Source of the DNA: Raillietiella orientalis
Lineage: Eukaryota
Direction of reading: 5' to 3'
DNA: 64,000 nt
Assembly: GCA_036172245.1 (NCBI GenBank)
Contig: JAYWIR010000039.1
Span: forward strand, 1,612,001 to 1,676,000
Notes under the pieces: generated by a model
Database searches by the model: none
Seen by the model: only the letters and a program-made list of their open reading frames with translations
Told to the model about the DNA's origin: nothing
Translations under genes and position numbers: made by a program
In this document: positions 1 through 13,399 of the stretch, piece after piece
How positions within the stretch are numbered: position 1 is the stretch's first letter
Layout of the letters: every line of letters begins with the position of its first letter

Positions 1-69
1 TATACATTAATTACTGGCTTTCATGTTTTTAACGAGTAATTCGAATGATGCTCCAGATTTCTACAGTTT

Positions 70-730
70 ATGATTCAGAGGAGCAATAATCCCGAACATT
101 GCCTCAAATTAAGGAAGACATCCAAACTAATCCCATTGATATGCGAAGAAGAAATGATTAAATGCCATAATGACTCCGGGAACGTAGTTCGGAAGGCATC
201 CAACTCGGCATCGATTCGATGCATCTTACACACAGGTCACGACCGTCGTGGAAAGTTTTGAAGGGTGTGTCGACTCGTTATCAATGAATCGTACACATCA
301 GTTCCCTCGAAACCATAGAAATCGCTTTTCAGCAGTCTGAATAGAAATCACTGATAAAGCACGCGGGGTGCTTCCGCAATGGATCAGCATCCGCCTTCAG
401 GCAAAGCCGAACAGCCGTATGAATGAAAAGGAGTGAGGATTCTGTGTATAGGGAGAAGGGATGCAGACGTGTTCGACACAAGTCCCAGTGGCACCACAGA
501 TGTACGAATCACTAGGCGTAAAGATCTCACCAATCACTAATTTCAAATGGAAGATTAAGGACTTTTGCCATCCAAATACGCACCCGAAGAAAAGGATGGA
601 GGTAATCTTCTAAAATGAGGGAACAGACAAAAGGGCACGATCTGCAGCTAGATATCCTGAAATACGCTGTGCACTTTGCAGGAATATGGAAAACATCCGC
701 AAAGTTCGATTAGCACCTGCAAATGTGCGC
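70..730 (+). mobile_element. possible highly degraded non-LTR reverse transcriptase remnant
   Basis: Broken frames give VVRKASNSAS (cf. DxxKAFDSV), ESLGVKISP (cf. KYLGVxI) and CALCRNMENI (cf. C-terminal zinc knuckle) in the expected order. Matches are weak, with many stops. Confidence 0.25.
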
Positions 731-1800
731 TGACCCATGAAGTGTGATTGACACGCCCTTCCTCTCTACGTAGTCTACTTGATGACGAACCTTTGAATCT
801 TTTCTTGTCAGGAGAGCAGGATTTAGAAGCTGACCTTTCTCGTCAGTCTGCCTCTTTTTTGGTCACTTTTGGATTTCGGTATTTCATCTCCCCATTACCT
901 ATATCGCAATTGTATTCCCATGGCGAAAGCGCAGAATAGGAGAGGAACATGTGGTGATCAAAAATAATGATGAAATAGGTTGTCGTATGTTGCTGATGAT
1001 GAAATAGGTTGTTGTCTTATGGTTAATCGCGATATTGGTAATGAGACAAATTATTGCGGGATATCAAGAAAACCTCTCAGAAGAGCACGACGTGCAGAGC
1101 TTACAGAAGTCATGAAGTCCACTGCAAAAACAACTGAACAGCTGGCAGCGTTGCTTCTGCTTAGCTCCTCTTTCAAGAGATGGAGATCAAGCGATCATTC
1201 TGAAATGCTTATGGTTTGAATGAACGAATTCGTTGCTTTGTAAGTTCTCTGAGAATCACCTCCTCGACATAATGCATTGGATTTAACAAGATGACATAAT
1301 CGAACCGATGAAAGGCCATCTTCTTGTCTAACAGGAAATTTTCACAAAGTCCCGAACTGGATGATCGATTCTTTCAATGGGATGCACGAAAGTGATGGGT
1401 GGATTCGGGGAATATTATCTTGCATTCTTCCATAACACTGCTGAAATTTCTTAAAAGCTCCGTTTCTCCACAGTATTTAAAAAATCACGGCTCGGTTGAG
1501 GCTCACTGCACTTGATTGTAGTTAGATTACAACTTAAATGGATGGAACAATAAATTAAAGACTGATTATGATGGAACACAGGCGATTGATTGAAGTAGCT
1601 TTTTTCCTCTAGATGAGTTCTTCTCTTTCTTGCACACTGTCCACACGAGCATTCCATGTCCGAAGAAATGCACAAACACAATTTTGCAGGCGCTTTCGGC
1701 CAAACCCTCTTGAATTTCGTGCTTTTCTTTCCTGCTAACTCGAACAAAAATCGGAATTTCATCGAAACTGTTCACTGGCAAAAAATATGATCAGTTAATC

Positions 1801-2083
1801 ATTTTCTATGGGAGCCCGTTCAGAGGTTGCACGGAGTTTTGCCTTGCCAAGCTCATGTTGCAGTTTTCAGCGGCTTCGGGAGCAAGATTTTTTTTTTTGT
1901 CGCAAAATTTGTTTCAGGGTCAGGAACAGTTGATATGATCAGTTAATTACCTCCAAGTTCCTGACCCTGAAACAAATTTTGCGACAAAAAAAAAAATCTT
2001 GCTCCCGAAGCCGCTGAAAACTGCAACATGAGCTTGGCAAGGCAAAACTCCGTTTAACCTCTGAACGGGCTCCCACAGAAAAT
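1801..2083. repeat. near-perfect inverted repeat: 127-bp arms (1801-1927 and 1957-2083), 29-nt spacer
   Basis: The arms are reverse complements with 3 mismatches by eye and include matching T11/A11 runs. The 15-mer ATATGATCAGTTAAT occurs at 1785-1799 and 1933-1947. Confidence 0.95.
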
Positions 2084-2867
2084 AGGCACTCGTTCTGATG
2101 GCCTACAAACCCAAAGTAGTTTGGGATTCGGCATTTGTATTCCAAGTATTAAAAAAGGGAGAACCTACGCGCCGCGAAGCAAACGTTCACAGTGAGACTA
2201 CATAAGCACGATTCGAAACGAACCAGGAACAACGCTGGTTGCAGTTTGTGTGACTGACGGATCCAACACTCAATCCCTCCATAAGGACTGATCCATCAGT
2301 CTCATGCGTGCAGGAATTTCACCAACAGCTTTATTCCATCTTATAAACTGCCGTGCATCCCATCCGGAACCACCGAGCATCCACAAATGCATCCATCAAG
2401 ATCCATCCTCTTCGCAATTCCCCTGCCCACTGTAGCTTTTACTAATGCTGAAAGAAAAGACTTCCAGCCGCTATCCGACTGCAGCTTTGAAACGTTCTTC
2501 CACCTTTTACAAACCCTTCCATGCCTCTTTATTCTTAGTCCGATTATGCAGGGTTTCAAATTGTCTCGCACATTATCATACTTTTGAATGAACCGAGGAG
2601 CGTTTGAAAACCTATTCGTTATCAGGAAGTACCTCTGAAGTGGAAAGGAAGAATTCAAAAGCTTTCCGTAAGCTGAATGAACGTCCACATGTGACGACCA
2701 CATTCAACAGAATTCAGGTCAGAAGCATGGAATTCACTTCAGCGCATGAAACAGCGTTTTACGGTAAAACCAAATGAAACTTGGTAAAATACGACCAAAG
2801 ACAAAGTTCATGTAACTGACTGAAACCTGACTTATACTTAGCAATGAATTCTCAATACCCGCTTTCT

Positions 2868-2888
2868 CTTCTTCTTCTTCTTCTTCTT
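2868..2888 (+). repeat. (CTT)n microsatellite
   Basis: About 7 tandem CTT units. Confidence 0.85.
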
Positions 2889-5800
2889 TCATCCACTGGG
2901 ATATTTCTGATCATATGCTGTGTCCAAATACAGCATAGGAACAATCATTTCAAAGTTAGCATTTAAAGGCTTTAACTGTCTGAGAGCATTTGGTTCGTCA
3001 GTGAAAAACCAAGACCGTAAAAATCAGCATCAGAACGTCCCCAGCACTCTGGAACCACATATTAATCATAAGAAACACGAAAAACGAATAACGCTGAATC
3101 GTATGGCAAAGCAGCAAGATTTATGGGCAGAGGAAGAGGAATCATGAGGATCCTGCTTGCAGCCGACTAAGATTACCGGTCTGTGTGCGTGCCGGCATCT
3201 CGGTATGCTCTCCCTTCCTTGTGCTTGGGTGGCAGGACCGGATGTCCTGCCGTTGCTTCTTTTGCTGTTTCCGATGGACGCCCCGGAGAAACCGGGTGAT
3301 AAAGCAATCTACTATGATGAACGTTATTCTTGAAAAATTCCTTCAATTTTCTCAGTACCTTAGAATTCCTTAGAAATTTTTGTCACACTCAAGTTAACCA
3401 GAAGTCACCAGGGATTTTGAGGAGAAGAGTGAAGACAAATCCTAACCCATCAAGACCGTTTCTCCAAGAACGGATCGGATTCTTACGTGATCCTTTCGAT
3501 CAAGTTGTCTTCCCAACGGAAATCGCAATCCGATCATCATTGTGGACCTCGAACACCTTAATGTGTCATCAAATGTTGTACCACTACCACCGCTGGACAG
3601 CGATGAAGCAGAGTCTACTCCACAACTAACGTATACGAACTTGACAATCTTTTGAGCAAAGAACTTACCTTAGGGGTAGGAAATTGGGTGGCCACAATCA
3701 CGGAAAGATTACGTAAAGGTATACGAGCAAAGGAAACACCATCATCATTTATTAAATTATAAAAAAAAGTGTGTCTGTGATATTTTTTGACACGCTGCGT
3801 CTTCAAACTTTGCACACACACAAAGTAAAAAAAATAAGAATGAACCAACACAAAGAATTAAGATTTGTGGTACCGACTCTCCCGGGAAGGACATGAAGTT
3901 ACCAAATACAGCGTACTTGAAATAAAGAGAAGCAGCATGCTTTCCGCCAGAAAACACCACGGGCGATTACTCAAAATATCCAACGCACATCGCACACCGA
4001 CTTCTCTGGCCGGGATGAACTCGGCGAACGTTCCTCTGGAATGTTCCCGACCTAAAACAGAGCTAAGACCCAAAGATGCATGGTGCGCACGTTGCACTCC
4101 TTTCTTGGCTTTTAGGAAGGAAGAGAAGCCTTCCGAAGCGTACACGAACAGTACAATTGCATCGAGCACTCAATCAATGGAAAATGAAACCTTGAAGACA
4201 ACCTTCCTTCCTTGTAAAATTCACTCTCTCTGCTACCGGATGGCAACTGCCCCGTCCCGAGGTCTTCATTTCCGTCTCTCGATGTGAAAGAAGATTGATT
4301 CCCCAGCAAGCACTCTTAGTACAATGAACTAACCCCATCGCTAAACTTCGTTCGAAACTGAGACACGATAAACATCCTCTCTTCCACAACAGCACGGATG
4401 CTGCTAGCTCCACAAACGCAGCACCAAGCAGGCAAGCAAATAATACGTTGCTGCCGCAATCGTGAAATACTTGTTTTCTACTTTTTGGGAGATCACGGGC
4501 AGATCCCTTTCACTGCGTCTGAAGGCGTCTCGAGAACGGGATAATCTTCGTCAGGGTGAACACCGATTCAGAAAACAAACGCGAAATTCACTTCTCTGGC
4601 CACCGACGCGTCCACGGCAGCCCTTGTTTCTCTCCCGCCAAAACTTGTCCTCGTGCCGTACACCTTGAAACCGTGGCGATGGTACACTGCCTTCCAAGGC
4701 CAACAAAACGGTACCAAGCAAGTACGAACGGCGTAGCTGCGGAGCCACATCGACTCTGATCCACAATGTAAACAATTGTTCGTGGCACGCAGAACCTTCC
4801 ACCTACTGTCTCCTATACCTCCTTACGGCTCTCGAAAGGCACAAATGAGACGGACAGTCATCTGGTGACCACGACTGATAGCCTCTCTCTTTTGTGAGCC
4901 AGATCCGTTCTGAGGGGTGCATTAGATTTCTGACAGGCATACCCTTGCCAGCTACTAACCCAATGAAGAGGCACCTCTAAATGTACCTAAACATTCAAGC
5001 TGAAGTTATATCGCTGACACACAGGTGGTTTTCTTGTCCATGCAAGATGAAGAAATTCCCTCAACACGCTACTCTTCACGTGCTGCTTCACGTAGCCAAA
5101 GAGCTCATGAAGGCAGCATGACATCAGCACAGTAAGTCGACACAAACGCAAAGCTACGTAACCAAAACTTCTTTTCCCGCTTGCGATCTGCAAGCATCTG
5201 TCAGAGACGTTTTGTATATTTATATGCCAGTCATTACTTTGGGGTTTCCGTATAAATTAGCAGGAAATTTAGCATCTTTCTCTTTCCCCACTTAAGAGCA
5301 GCTTTGTAATCTTTTCAAAAGACCTGCGAAATGCCCTCAAATTGTTAATGCACAGCAAGGTGCATTCTGCAGTTCTTCTAGTCCCTTTATTACTATTTTA
5401 AAAATAATGCAGCAACCTATAGCGTAGTGAATTGTAATTAATTGAATTCTGTCTGTAATATTTTCAAGAAATGAATTTCTTTATGCATCAACGCATCTTT
5501 TTCCTACCAATAACTGACAATATGACAACGTGAGTAATAGTGTTTGTTTGTAAACAGACAATATTCTGGTCTTTGCAGGGAACTTTGGTTTTCGATATTG
5601 CTTACAGGACAAAAACATCTTAATTAGCAAAGTTATTTTTCTTAACTGTTTGCATACCGAATCATGAATCCCTAAAGCACACATAGGTTCAAATTGTTTT
5701 GATTTTGAGAAATTCAAATAAAGAAAAACAAAGAACTTATTAACATGCTGCAAATTAAGGTTCTGGCTCGTGAATGGATGGAAAAACTGTTAAGAAAAAA

Positions 5801-6107
5801 TTACTGAAAATTATTCAATCATATAATCCATGCAAACATTCTATGATTAATCTACACTTTGGATAATAAGAAATCTTTTATTTACTCTGGTTAAGTTCCC
5901 TCAAACAGAAGTCATCTCATATTTGTGGGAGCATTCTTCAAAATTTATGATGATTTATAAAACAAATTATTAAAATTATTCTTTGTGAAAGGACAGGAAA
6001 ATTTTAGTATGCCAACAAATATTCCATGATGACCTGAATAACCAGCATTAAAATATTCTCAAGGTCTTTTAAGTACAAGATAGCACAATAAAAAACAAAT
6101 TATATTT

Positions 6108-6166
6108 TTCAGCATCCACAATTTAGATTTTCTGTAACTTTGTCTAAATTGTATCATTTTCTGAGA
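6108..6166 (-). promoter_or_regulatory. SECIS element in the SelS 3'UTR
   Basis: Minus strand reads tcag-aaa-ATGA-T-ACAATTTAGA-C-AAA-GTTACAGAAAA-TCTAAATTGT-G-GA-T-g-ctga: AUGA/GA core, perfect 10-bp helix II, apical AAA, and tcag/ctga helix I. It lies just downstream of an in-frame UGA. Confidence 0.9.
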
Positions 6167-6197
6167 TTTTTAAATAAAAGAATGGATCCCATAGGAA

Positions 6198-6946
6198 TTA
6201 CTGTCATCCTCTAAAGCAAGACTGAAACCTTCTCGCTGGATGATATGAATAAGATGAATTTCCCATCAATGGATTATAATCTGCAAAACAAACATTATAT
6301 AAATATCAAATGTAATAAATTTTGGGATATGAAACATATATAAAAAAAAAAAGGGTCGAAAGAATCATACCTCTTAGCGACTTTTGTATTGACTTCTTGG
6401 AGCTTTTATGTTGTAAGTGCTCATCATCATTTCCAGATACAGAACTGCGTTCGTTTGCAATACGTGCTGGTGCCGTTGCAACTTCCTTTAAAAACATTGA
6501 TTCCACTTATTGCATTTGTTTACGTTTTTTGAAACAAACTGATTTGCATCCAGTTCTATTAATCATGCGCGAAATTATTGGATGTGCCTTTCATGCTCAT
6601 TATTAGTTTGGAGGCATGATAAACGTCAATCAACCATCATGTTCCACATGTTTGTATACAATTCTCAATGTACTTAGATTACTTGTAGAATAATGATATT
6701 TCCGACAGCATTTTTAACTATACGTACATGTTTGCTTTTAAATATTTGAAGCTTTTCGTTATACTTCTGTTGCAATCTCTGTCTGGAGATTTCTTTATAT
6801 TCATCTGCTTCATGGTGTGGTTCGCTCACAGTCAACTTTGTACAAATCTTATGCAAAATCCATGCAAACAGCAAGACACCACACCATAATAAAACATTTG
6901 CACTCGTGAAATCAAATAAACCAGCTAAACTTAATGCTTCCTTCAT
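6198..6946 (-). CDS. SELENOS: selenoprotein S (VIMP)-like, ~138 aa; exons 6946-6728, 6485-6371, 6280-6198; UGA=Sec at 6206-6204
   Basis: N-terminal TM segment (VLLWCGVLLFAWIL), coiled region SRQRLQQKYNE, and SelS-type tail LRDYNPLMGNSSYSYHPARRFQSCFRG-UGA-Q-TAA. GT-AG introns are in phase and a SECIS follows. The start codon is uncertain (an upstream exon is possible). Confidence 0.9.
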
Positions 6947-7549
6947 AACATGCACAAAAGCAATGGAAGTTTGAAAATTCAAGTAGGCTTGGAAAAATTT
7001 CACCTCAAACTTGAAGACCTGTCTTACGCAATTTGCTCAGAACCTTATGAAAAACTTACAAGAATGCCACGAACATTGCGTGGCATTCATTTTTCCTTGA
7101 TAAAAATCAGTTTCCTCTTTAATTTTCAAACTCCTAAAACTTTTTATTGCTGCAGTATGCAATAACACCAAAGCGTTATTTAAGAGATAATTAATATATA
7201 CGGAGAATGATTCAAAGACTGGATGTTTTAATTGTTTTTCTGCAAGCTGCAAACGTCAGCAGTTTTATTAAGAAGAATTGTATTAAGATTCGAATTTCGG
7301 TGTATTGACTTGAATCTAAGGATGATTTGAGCTGGTGATTATCAAGAAACTTTGCTGATTATGAGACAGCAGCTGCGCTCAAACATGAGGATAGTCAATG
7401 TTGGTGTTCTTTTATTGTAATGGAAAGTATAGGTTTTATAGTTGGGTGTTATGCGATGTGTTGCTTGTAAGGTTGTGGGTAATGTGGTAGTTGTGTTGGT
7501 GGCATCTTGAAAGTTTATCAGAAGCAGACAACGATCAATCACGAAGATA

Positions 7550-10500
7550 TGGAGGACGGTCCCCCTCGAGTTAACGCGGAATCGAACTCGATTACAAGTT
7601 CCGAAGTCTGCCAGAACTGTGTGTCGAAATAGCTATTTATTGGACATTGAGCCCCTAACCTATGGCTACAAACCCTTAATTCTCTGTAATGTGAGCAAGA
7701 AGGTTCTTTCGATGACGATTGGGAATGACCCTAGTAGGAAACTAAATATTATAGGAGCAGAGGGAAAAGACCTCGATTCCTTGATCCTTCTCAGAGAGAG
7801 AACAATCGAATTGTGTTCAAAGATGAAGCTCTCATGCAACCCCTACCAAATTTCCTGCTAAACATTGAAAAGTAAACTTCTTACATGCAAACCTCACTGG
7901 TTCACCTCACTAGCATATCCAAATCGTTGTGCAGCTGCAATTTCATCTCGGTACTCCAAAACTATGCGACCATTCATGTACTATGGAGGGAGCAAAAATT
8001 AACTAAGGGTTCGAATTGTGACTGGTCCTACTGAGGCTCAGGTGGCACCCAATAACGATGGAATTTTTTTTTACAACTACAGACTGATGTGTCTCGAAAG
8101 AGAATGTGAAACCATGCGGTCATTGTGATGGATGGACCATGTTACATTTTATTGATAACATGCATGTTGAAAAAGGTAAGAAAGGGTACAAAAGTTTGGA
8201 GAGAAGAAGGAATTGTCACCATCTCCTGTCTCACCTCTTTACTTCGTTCTCAAGAAGAGTCTGTACCTGAAGGTTCCGTTCACTACGGATGGTAGCCCGT
8301 CCGATGCTTCCAGTATGTGTCCTTGCTTGGCTCTCCATTAGATCTGGATAATTCTCATGGAGTGCGTATCCAACTGGTTTATGGTGTATTCCCCTATCCA
8401 AAAGTCCACAGAACACAACAATCGGTATCAATCCGAATAGCTTAACAAATCTGCTTTCACTCAAGGTGCCTTGGAGGAGTTCACTTCCCAAAAGCACTGT
8501 CAAGATTGACGATGGTCATGCAAATGTCCTGGAATGTTCTTCTTACTTCACTGAATCTGGCACTGTAGGATTAAGTTTTACAGATGAAGACCCTCGATTC
8601 ATTTGTGAATAGGATTCCGCAGCTGGCTCTGATGGTTAAAGATTGGAATCCTGATAAATTTTTGGTCCTTCCATCCTTTTTTAAAGGAGGTGTTTGCTTT
8701 TTCCTGGTTAGCTAAGTACTTAAGAATCGTAGCTTCATCTCCTAGGGGCTATCGGAGAGGCTCGACAAAGCCCCTACATGGGGGCTCACAAAGCTCCTCC
8801 GCTTCTATCAGAAACCTGAGATGAGCACGAAGAGGAAGAGGACCCCGAAAGACATCACTCTCTGTTTCACTGGAGGGAAATGGTAAAAGAGACACTCTCT
8901 GATTCCTAGAAAGTATTCTGAAGGGTCCAATATCTGACCAGTCAGCTGAACATCCGACCGAAGTGAGAGCAGCTCATCCTGCCTACCAGAGCACGCCCGA
9001 AGACGCAGAAACACCCACCTCTGCGTCAGACGCGAACCGCCCCAGGTGCCGCGGTGGACTCCACGGCCATACAACGCCGAGGAAGATTTTTTTTTTCTTA
9101 ATATAAAGCAAGTGTCTATTGAACATGTGCTTTTATTTACAAGATGCCTGGAAAACACTTCAATTTTTGCTGATTTCCGCGACGTGCCCTTCGAGCACTT
9201 ACGTTCACCTTTAGAAGGGAATGAACACACACATATCCAGTTCAATTAACACAACGTAGAAGTAATGCTGTCTCTATTCCTTAGTGGAAACAGAGTAAGA
9301 AAGCTTCAAGATGAGTGAGAAAGAGTAAATTTCGGGACAGATGAAGGTTACCACTTCCTATAGCCTAGAATTTACTCATACGGGTGGTTTCTCCCTCACA
9401 ACAAGCGCTGTTCCAGGAAAGCACATGTGGGAGAACGTGGAATGCGACCGAACCCCCTTATGATACATCATATTTTAGGGAACGATGTGGTGCCGAGACT
9501 CACCGACACTGAGGACTTGGCGGAGAGCCCAATCTGCTGAGGATTCCTGCAGAAAATGGGCTTCCTTGGCACAAGTGGAGGTCATTTTCCAAAGAGAGCA
9601 GTTTATCCACTCCATCAATGGTGCGAAGTCAGAAGGAAGTCAAACAGAAAAAAGGGTCTTTCTGGGAAATGTCCTGAGTCTTCTGCTCTTCGTCCTATAC
9701 ACGGAAGTAGTAGCATCCTATAATGCCAAAGAGAGCCGGCTCAAGGACCTTATCCTGGAAAAGAAGAACATTACCCACCTGTTCTGGATGACGCTGACGA
9801 TCTGTTCTTCACCGTATCCATCGAGCAAGGAGTCTCTGACCATCGCAGAAGCCGCATCGCCGAAACACGGGCTCACACTCAAGATAAATGTGGCCAATTC
9901 CCACCTGCTAGCCTTCAGAATCCCCGATCTTGTGCTCTCACGAGTTTAGGGTAGTGGATGAAGCCAAATATCCTGACGTCCGCATTGGGAATGATTAGGT
10001 GTCTCCAATATCCCAATGGAAAAACATAATCGAATAGATTCATTAGGAAACGACCCAGCACAGGGCAACGAAATTCTCTTTGGATGAGAAAGTCGATTTG
10101 TGAAACCGAATGCTCGCACCCAAGTTCTTGTTTGGATCGGTCATCAGCATTCCCCAGAAAGTGGCGAAACATCTCACCAACGCCCAGCTCAACCTCTTAC
10201 GCGCAACAAAAAAAACACGGTTTGAGCCGAAGTCTCTGTGGCTCCTGCGAGAGGAAGGAGGCACCTCTATGCAAGACATGGCGCACGCTGCCGAGCTCCA
10301 AGACTTGCGTCACCTCATAGGCACGTCAACTCCTGGGACGAATAGCCGTATGTGGAACTAATACGGACATTTGTTCTACCAAGCGTACGTAAGATGGCTC
10401 AACGAAAAGACGGTCTGATGCTTCCTCCCCCTTGAGGAACACCAGGGAGGTGGAGGGAGATCGATCCGACTTGATTGAGGAAGCAGCATTTCTTCAGCAG

Positions 10501-11535
10501 TGCCAAGATGAAGATTGTTCTGCAGAGCACTTTGGAGCAAAAAATTCGTCATGGTGATCCCTCTTTTCTTAAGCATCCACCGAAAGATGGCTCCAGAGGC
10601 CACCAAAGCTCACCATCGGAGACTGAGAGCAATCCTCCAACAGTAGAGACTCCCACAGTGCCAGTGCTCCAGTACAAGATACAAATACGAGAGTGAACAA
10701 CACAAGATCTGCGAACTCCAAGGCAGGCCCAGTGCTCACAGGCCCATAGTGGATCAAGGTGAACCTTCAAGCTCTAAAAGTTCACCGAACACTGCAAGTC
10801 AACGCAGAAAAAGCCATGAATTCGACTAAGGCAAGGTTTAGGTAACCTGCCTTCAATTCACCAGCCCCTGGGACCATCCTCTAGAGATCCAAACTGCCAC
10901 CAGAGATCCAAGGCAACTTCCTCATGCTCTATTACGAAGGAAACCTATGCGACAGGAGGACTTCAGCACTGGACAGGGAACCCCCCAATGACGGAAGATG
11001 CTCGGCATGAGGGTACAAAGATGATGACCACCACCTCTACATCTGCCGAACTCTTGTCCAGGACTGGAAAGTGGCGATGCAGGAGACCCAACGGCAAGTT
11101 CTGTTAAAAATTGAGATCCGTAGAGGACTTCTCGAGGGACAAGGAATCATCCCTCTGTAAAAACTGACAGCAAGGATAAGCTGCGCCTTGTTTATCCGGA
11201 GCATCCTCATCAGGAGGATAATGCTCTGGAGGGGTGTGCAGGTGACAGTGAGGGACATCCTGAGGAGCCTTCGAAGAAAGAAATAAGGATTAGAGGCTGC
11301 AACAGAGTTTTGGCCTGGACTCCCCGATCCAATCTGCACAAGATCTAAGAAGCGGAAACACTCCAGAGTACAAGACACTGAGTGAAACGCCAAAGTTTTT
11401 GTGACCGTTCTCCTCCTTACTGTGAACTCGCGTCCAACAGGAAAAATGTTCTTTGTCCTTTATAGCGGAAAATGCAAAAAGAACCTTTCAGGTTGCGTGG
11501 AGTATATATTAATTCTTTGGAATGAGTGCAAAATA
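7550..11535 (+). mobile_element. degenerate L1/Tx1-clade LINE (ORF1 remnant, partial APE, RT, C-terminal zinc knuckle)
   Basis: KRVFLGNVLSLLLFVLYTE (cf. RQGCPLSPLLFVL), LKINVANS, WKNIIE...KFSLDEKVDL..RMLAPKF, LWLLREEGG (cf. LCLPxxxGGLG) and CSA*GYKDDDHHLYIC near 11.0 kb. Many frameshifts and stops; boundaries approximate. Confidence 0.8.
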
Positions 11536-11899
11536 AATTCATCAACAGATCCACTTGCTAGACAGACAGGGTGAAAGGATTCCACTATTTCATGCACCCA
11601 ACTCTTCTTAATCAAGGCGGAAAACTAGGCACAGCTGCACGAAACGTTGGTGCAGAGCTCGTAGTAAGTAATTTCATTTCATGCATATTTAAACCCTTAA
11701 ACAGCACCACCATATTTCCGTCCACCAAAACAAATTAATCCTGTATCTCCTTCACGGCGAACACTTTCACGTGACAGTCCATTCTGAAAAACTTTTCCAG
11801 CTGTGCTTGGAATTGCAATGTATCCCTGAGCTCTTGCCTTAGACAGAACACCTACCTCTATCACTTTTCCTTGACTATGGACCAGTTCTCCCTCATATA

Positions 11900-13394
11900 C
11901 AGGAAAGTCTCGTTTAGTGAGAATTTTTTGTGATAACCCAGACAGTGTTTAACCCTAAGAGTGCTATGGACGCATATATCCGTTTGGCAAATGTTTTCAC
12001 CTTATACTCGCGACATAAGTTAACACTAGCAATGTTTGAGACGGACACGCACACTTACGTTCTTATCATTCCCTTAGCAACGACTGTAAACAAAATTCTA
12101 TTTATGTCGACTAACTATCCTCGTTTTTTCTCGGTGGGGTACACAATTGATTATACTGTCTATGGTCTTCGTGATATCTTAAAATGTGAATGAATTATTG
12201 ATTTATTGGAATTATGACTCTAATTTTTAAATACATATGTTTGGGAAAAATGAAAATATCTTATTTAGTGTGGTGTAAATAAACAATTACAATGGTAACT
12301 GTAATCAGCACTTCACATAAAGTCAATCGGCACCTCGATAGAGCACGCGGTATGCGAAAAAGCGTTCCGTCCGCGGGGATCGTCACTGCGACTCGCGTGT
12401 CGTCTGCACGGAACGTTTAAATCTGACGAGCCCCGCACTCAAAGGGTTAACAAGAACGAAAGTTACGTTAAGGCGGACTAGTGCATGGGTAGTCAGCATT
12501 ACCAGGTTCCCGTTGAAGTCTTCGTTTACATAAGAAAGACATGTGAACAAACAATTTGCTAGGCTACAGGACATAATCCCATCTTTTTAAACGGAAGTCT
12601 GGGAAATTTATAACACCAGAATGCAATCGAAAACATTCATCATGCATGGCGACAACAGGCTGCAAAAACGCGTGGAGTGTGGAAGCTCATTTGTCCCCTT
12701 AGGCAGGCAGTGGTGATTTCGAGGCAAAAACTGTCATAGAAGTAACATATACCAGAGGAGCACTCCGATTTGATAAATGAGAAAATGAAGATGTTCTGGA
12801 ACTACTCAGTCCACGAACGGAAGAATTGGCTGATGGTGATCCGTTTTTAGATCAACAAAGAGCATTGGAAGAAGCTACCAATAACGCCAGCGAGTATGAT
12901 AACGTTCGAGCAAAGGAAACGTTCATTTTCGAGGAATTTGAAGAGATGCTTCAGGCTGTAGTAGTTGTGAAGCAAAAAATTATGGAAGCAGATCCTAACT
13001 TCGATGGTAGCACGTGCGGATTCGCCATGATATCGACATAGCATTCTGCGTCTACAGAGCCATGTATGAAGACTCGAAGAAAAGTTCAGTCTGGTCTACA
13101 ATATTTCTAAAGGCTTCATGAGTGATACTCAGAATTTGTTTTTGTTTTTATTTTGCTCTCTATAGCTACTCTGTGATGTTTTTCAAAAATAAATTTAGAT
13201 TCTAAGTGGATCCTTTTTATTTACTTTTTTATTGGAATACTTCCTTGAAAATTATAGGATAACTTTTTCGAAGAAAAGTTATCTTCGAAATTTTTATGTG
13301 CCTGTCTCCATGAAGCTGGAACCAGTTACATATTTTACTCGCAATCATGTGTTAGTGCAACTGTTTCAACGGAACGAATCGTTGGCACTAACTG
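11900..13394 (+). mobile_element. Tigger/pogo DNA transposon remnant (internally deleted)
   Basis: TA-CAGGAAAGTCTCGTTTAGTG left end and a degraded right end CACTAA-CTG-TA. The transposase C-terminus FEEMLQAVVVVKQKIMEADPNFDGS...CVYRAMYED.KK at 12826-13085 resembles Tigger1-type proteins. Confidence 0.7.
11953..12446. mobile_element. non-autonomous piggyBac-type MITE (494 bp) nested in the Tigger remnant
   Basis: TTAA at 11949-11952 and 12447-12450. Ends CCCTAAGAGTGC and GCACTCAAAGGG are inverted (10/12). No credible coding content. Confidence 0.85.
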
Positions 13395-13399
13395 TATCC

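Noticed and set aside
966..1016. TGATGAAATAGGTTGT repeated at 30-nt spacing
   Set aside because: Only two copies, a simple local duplication; not a CRISPR array (eukaryotic context, no cas genes).
1200..1450. Minus-strand FDYVILLNPMHYVEE, vaguely methyltransferase-like
   Set aside because: Isolated, flanked by stops, with no supporting motifs or splice structure.
2100..5200. Several 60-140 aa ORFs, including ELFGYVKQHV (Tc1-like?)
   Set aside because: No coherent family motif series or TIRs; possibly decayed repeats but not assignable by eye.
8027..8045. GGTTCGAAT, resembling a tRNA T-loop/B-box
   Set aside because: No cloverleaf or A-box; lies within a LINE relic.
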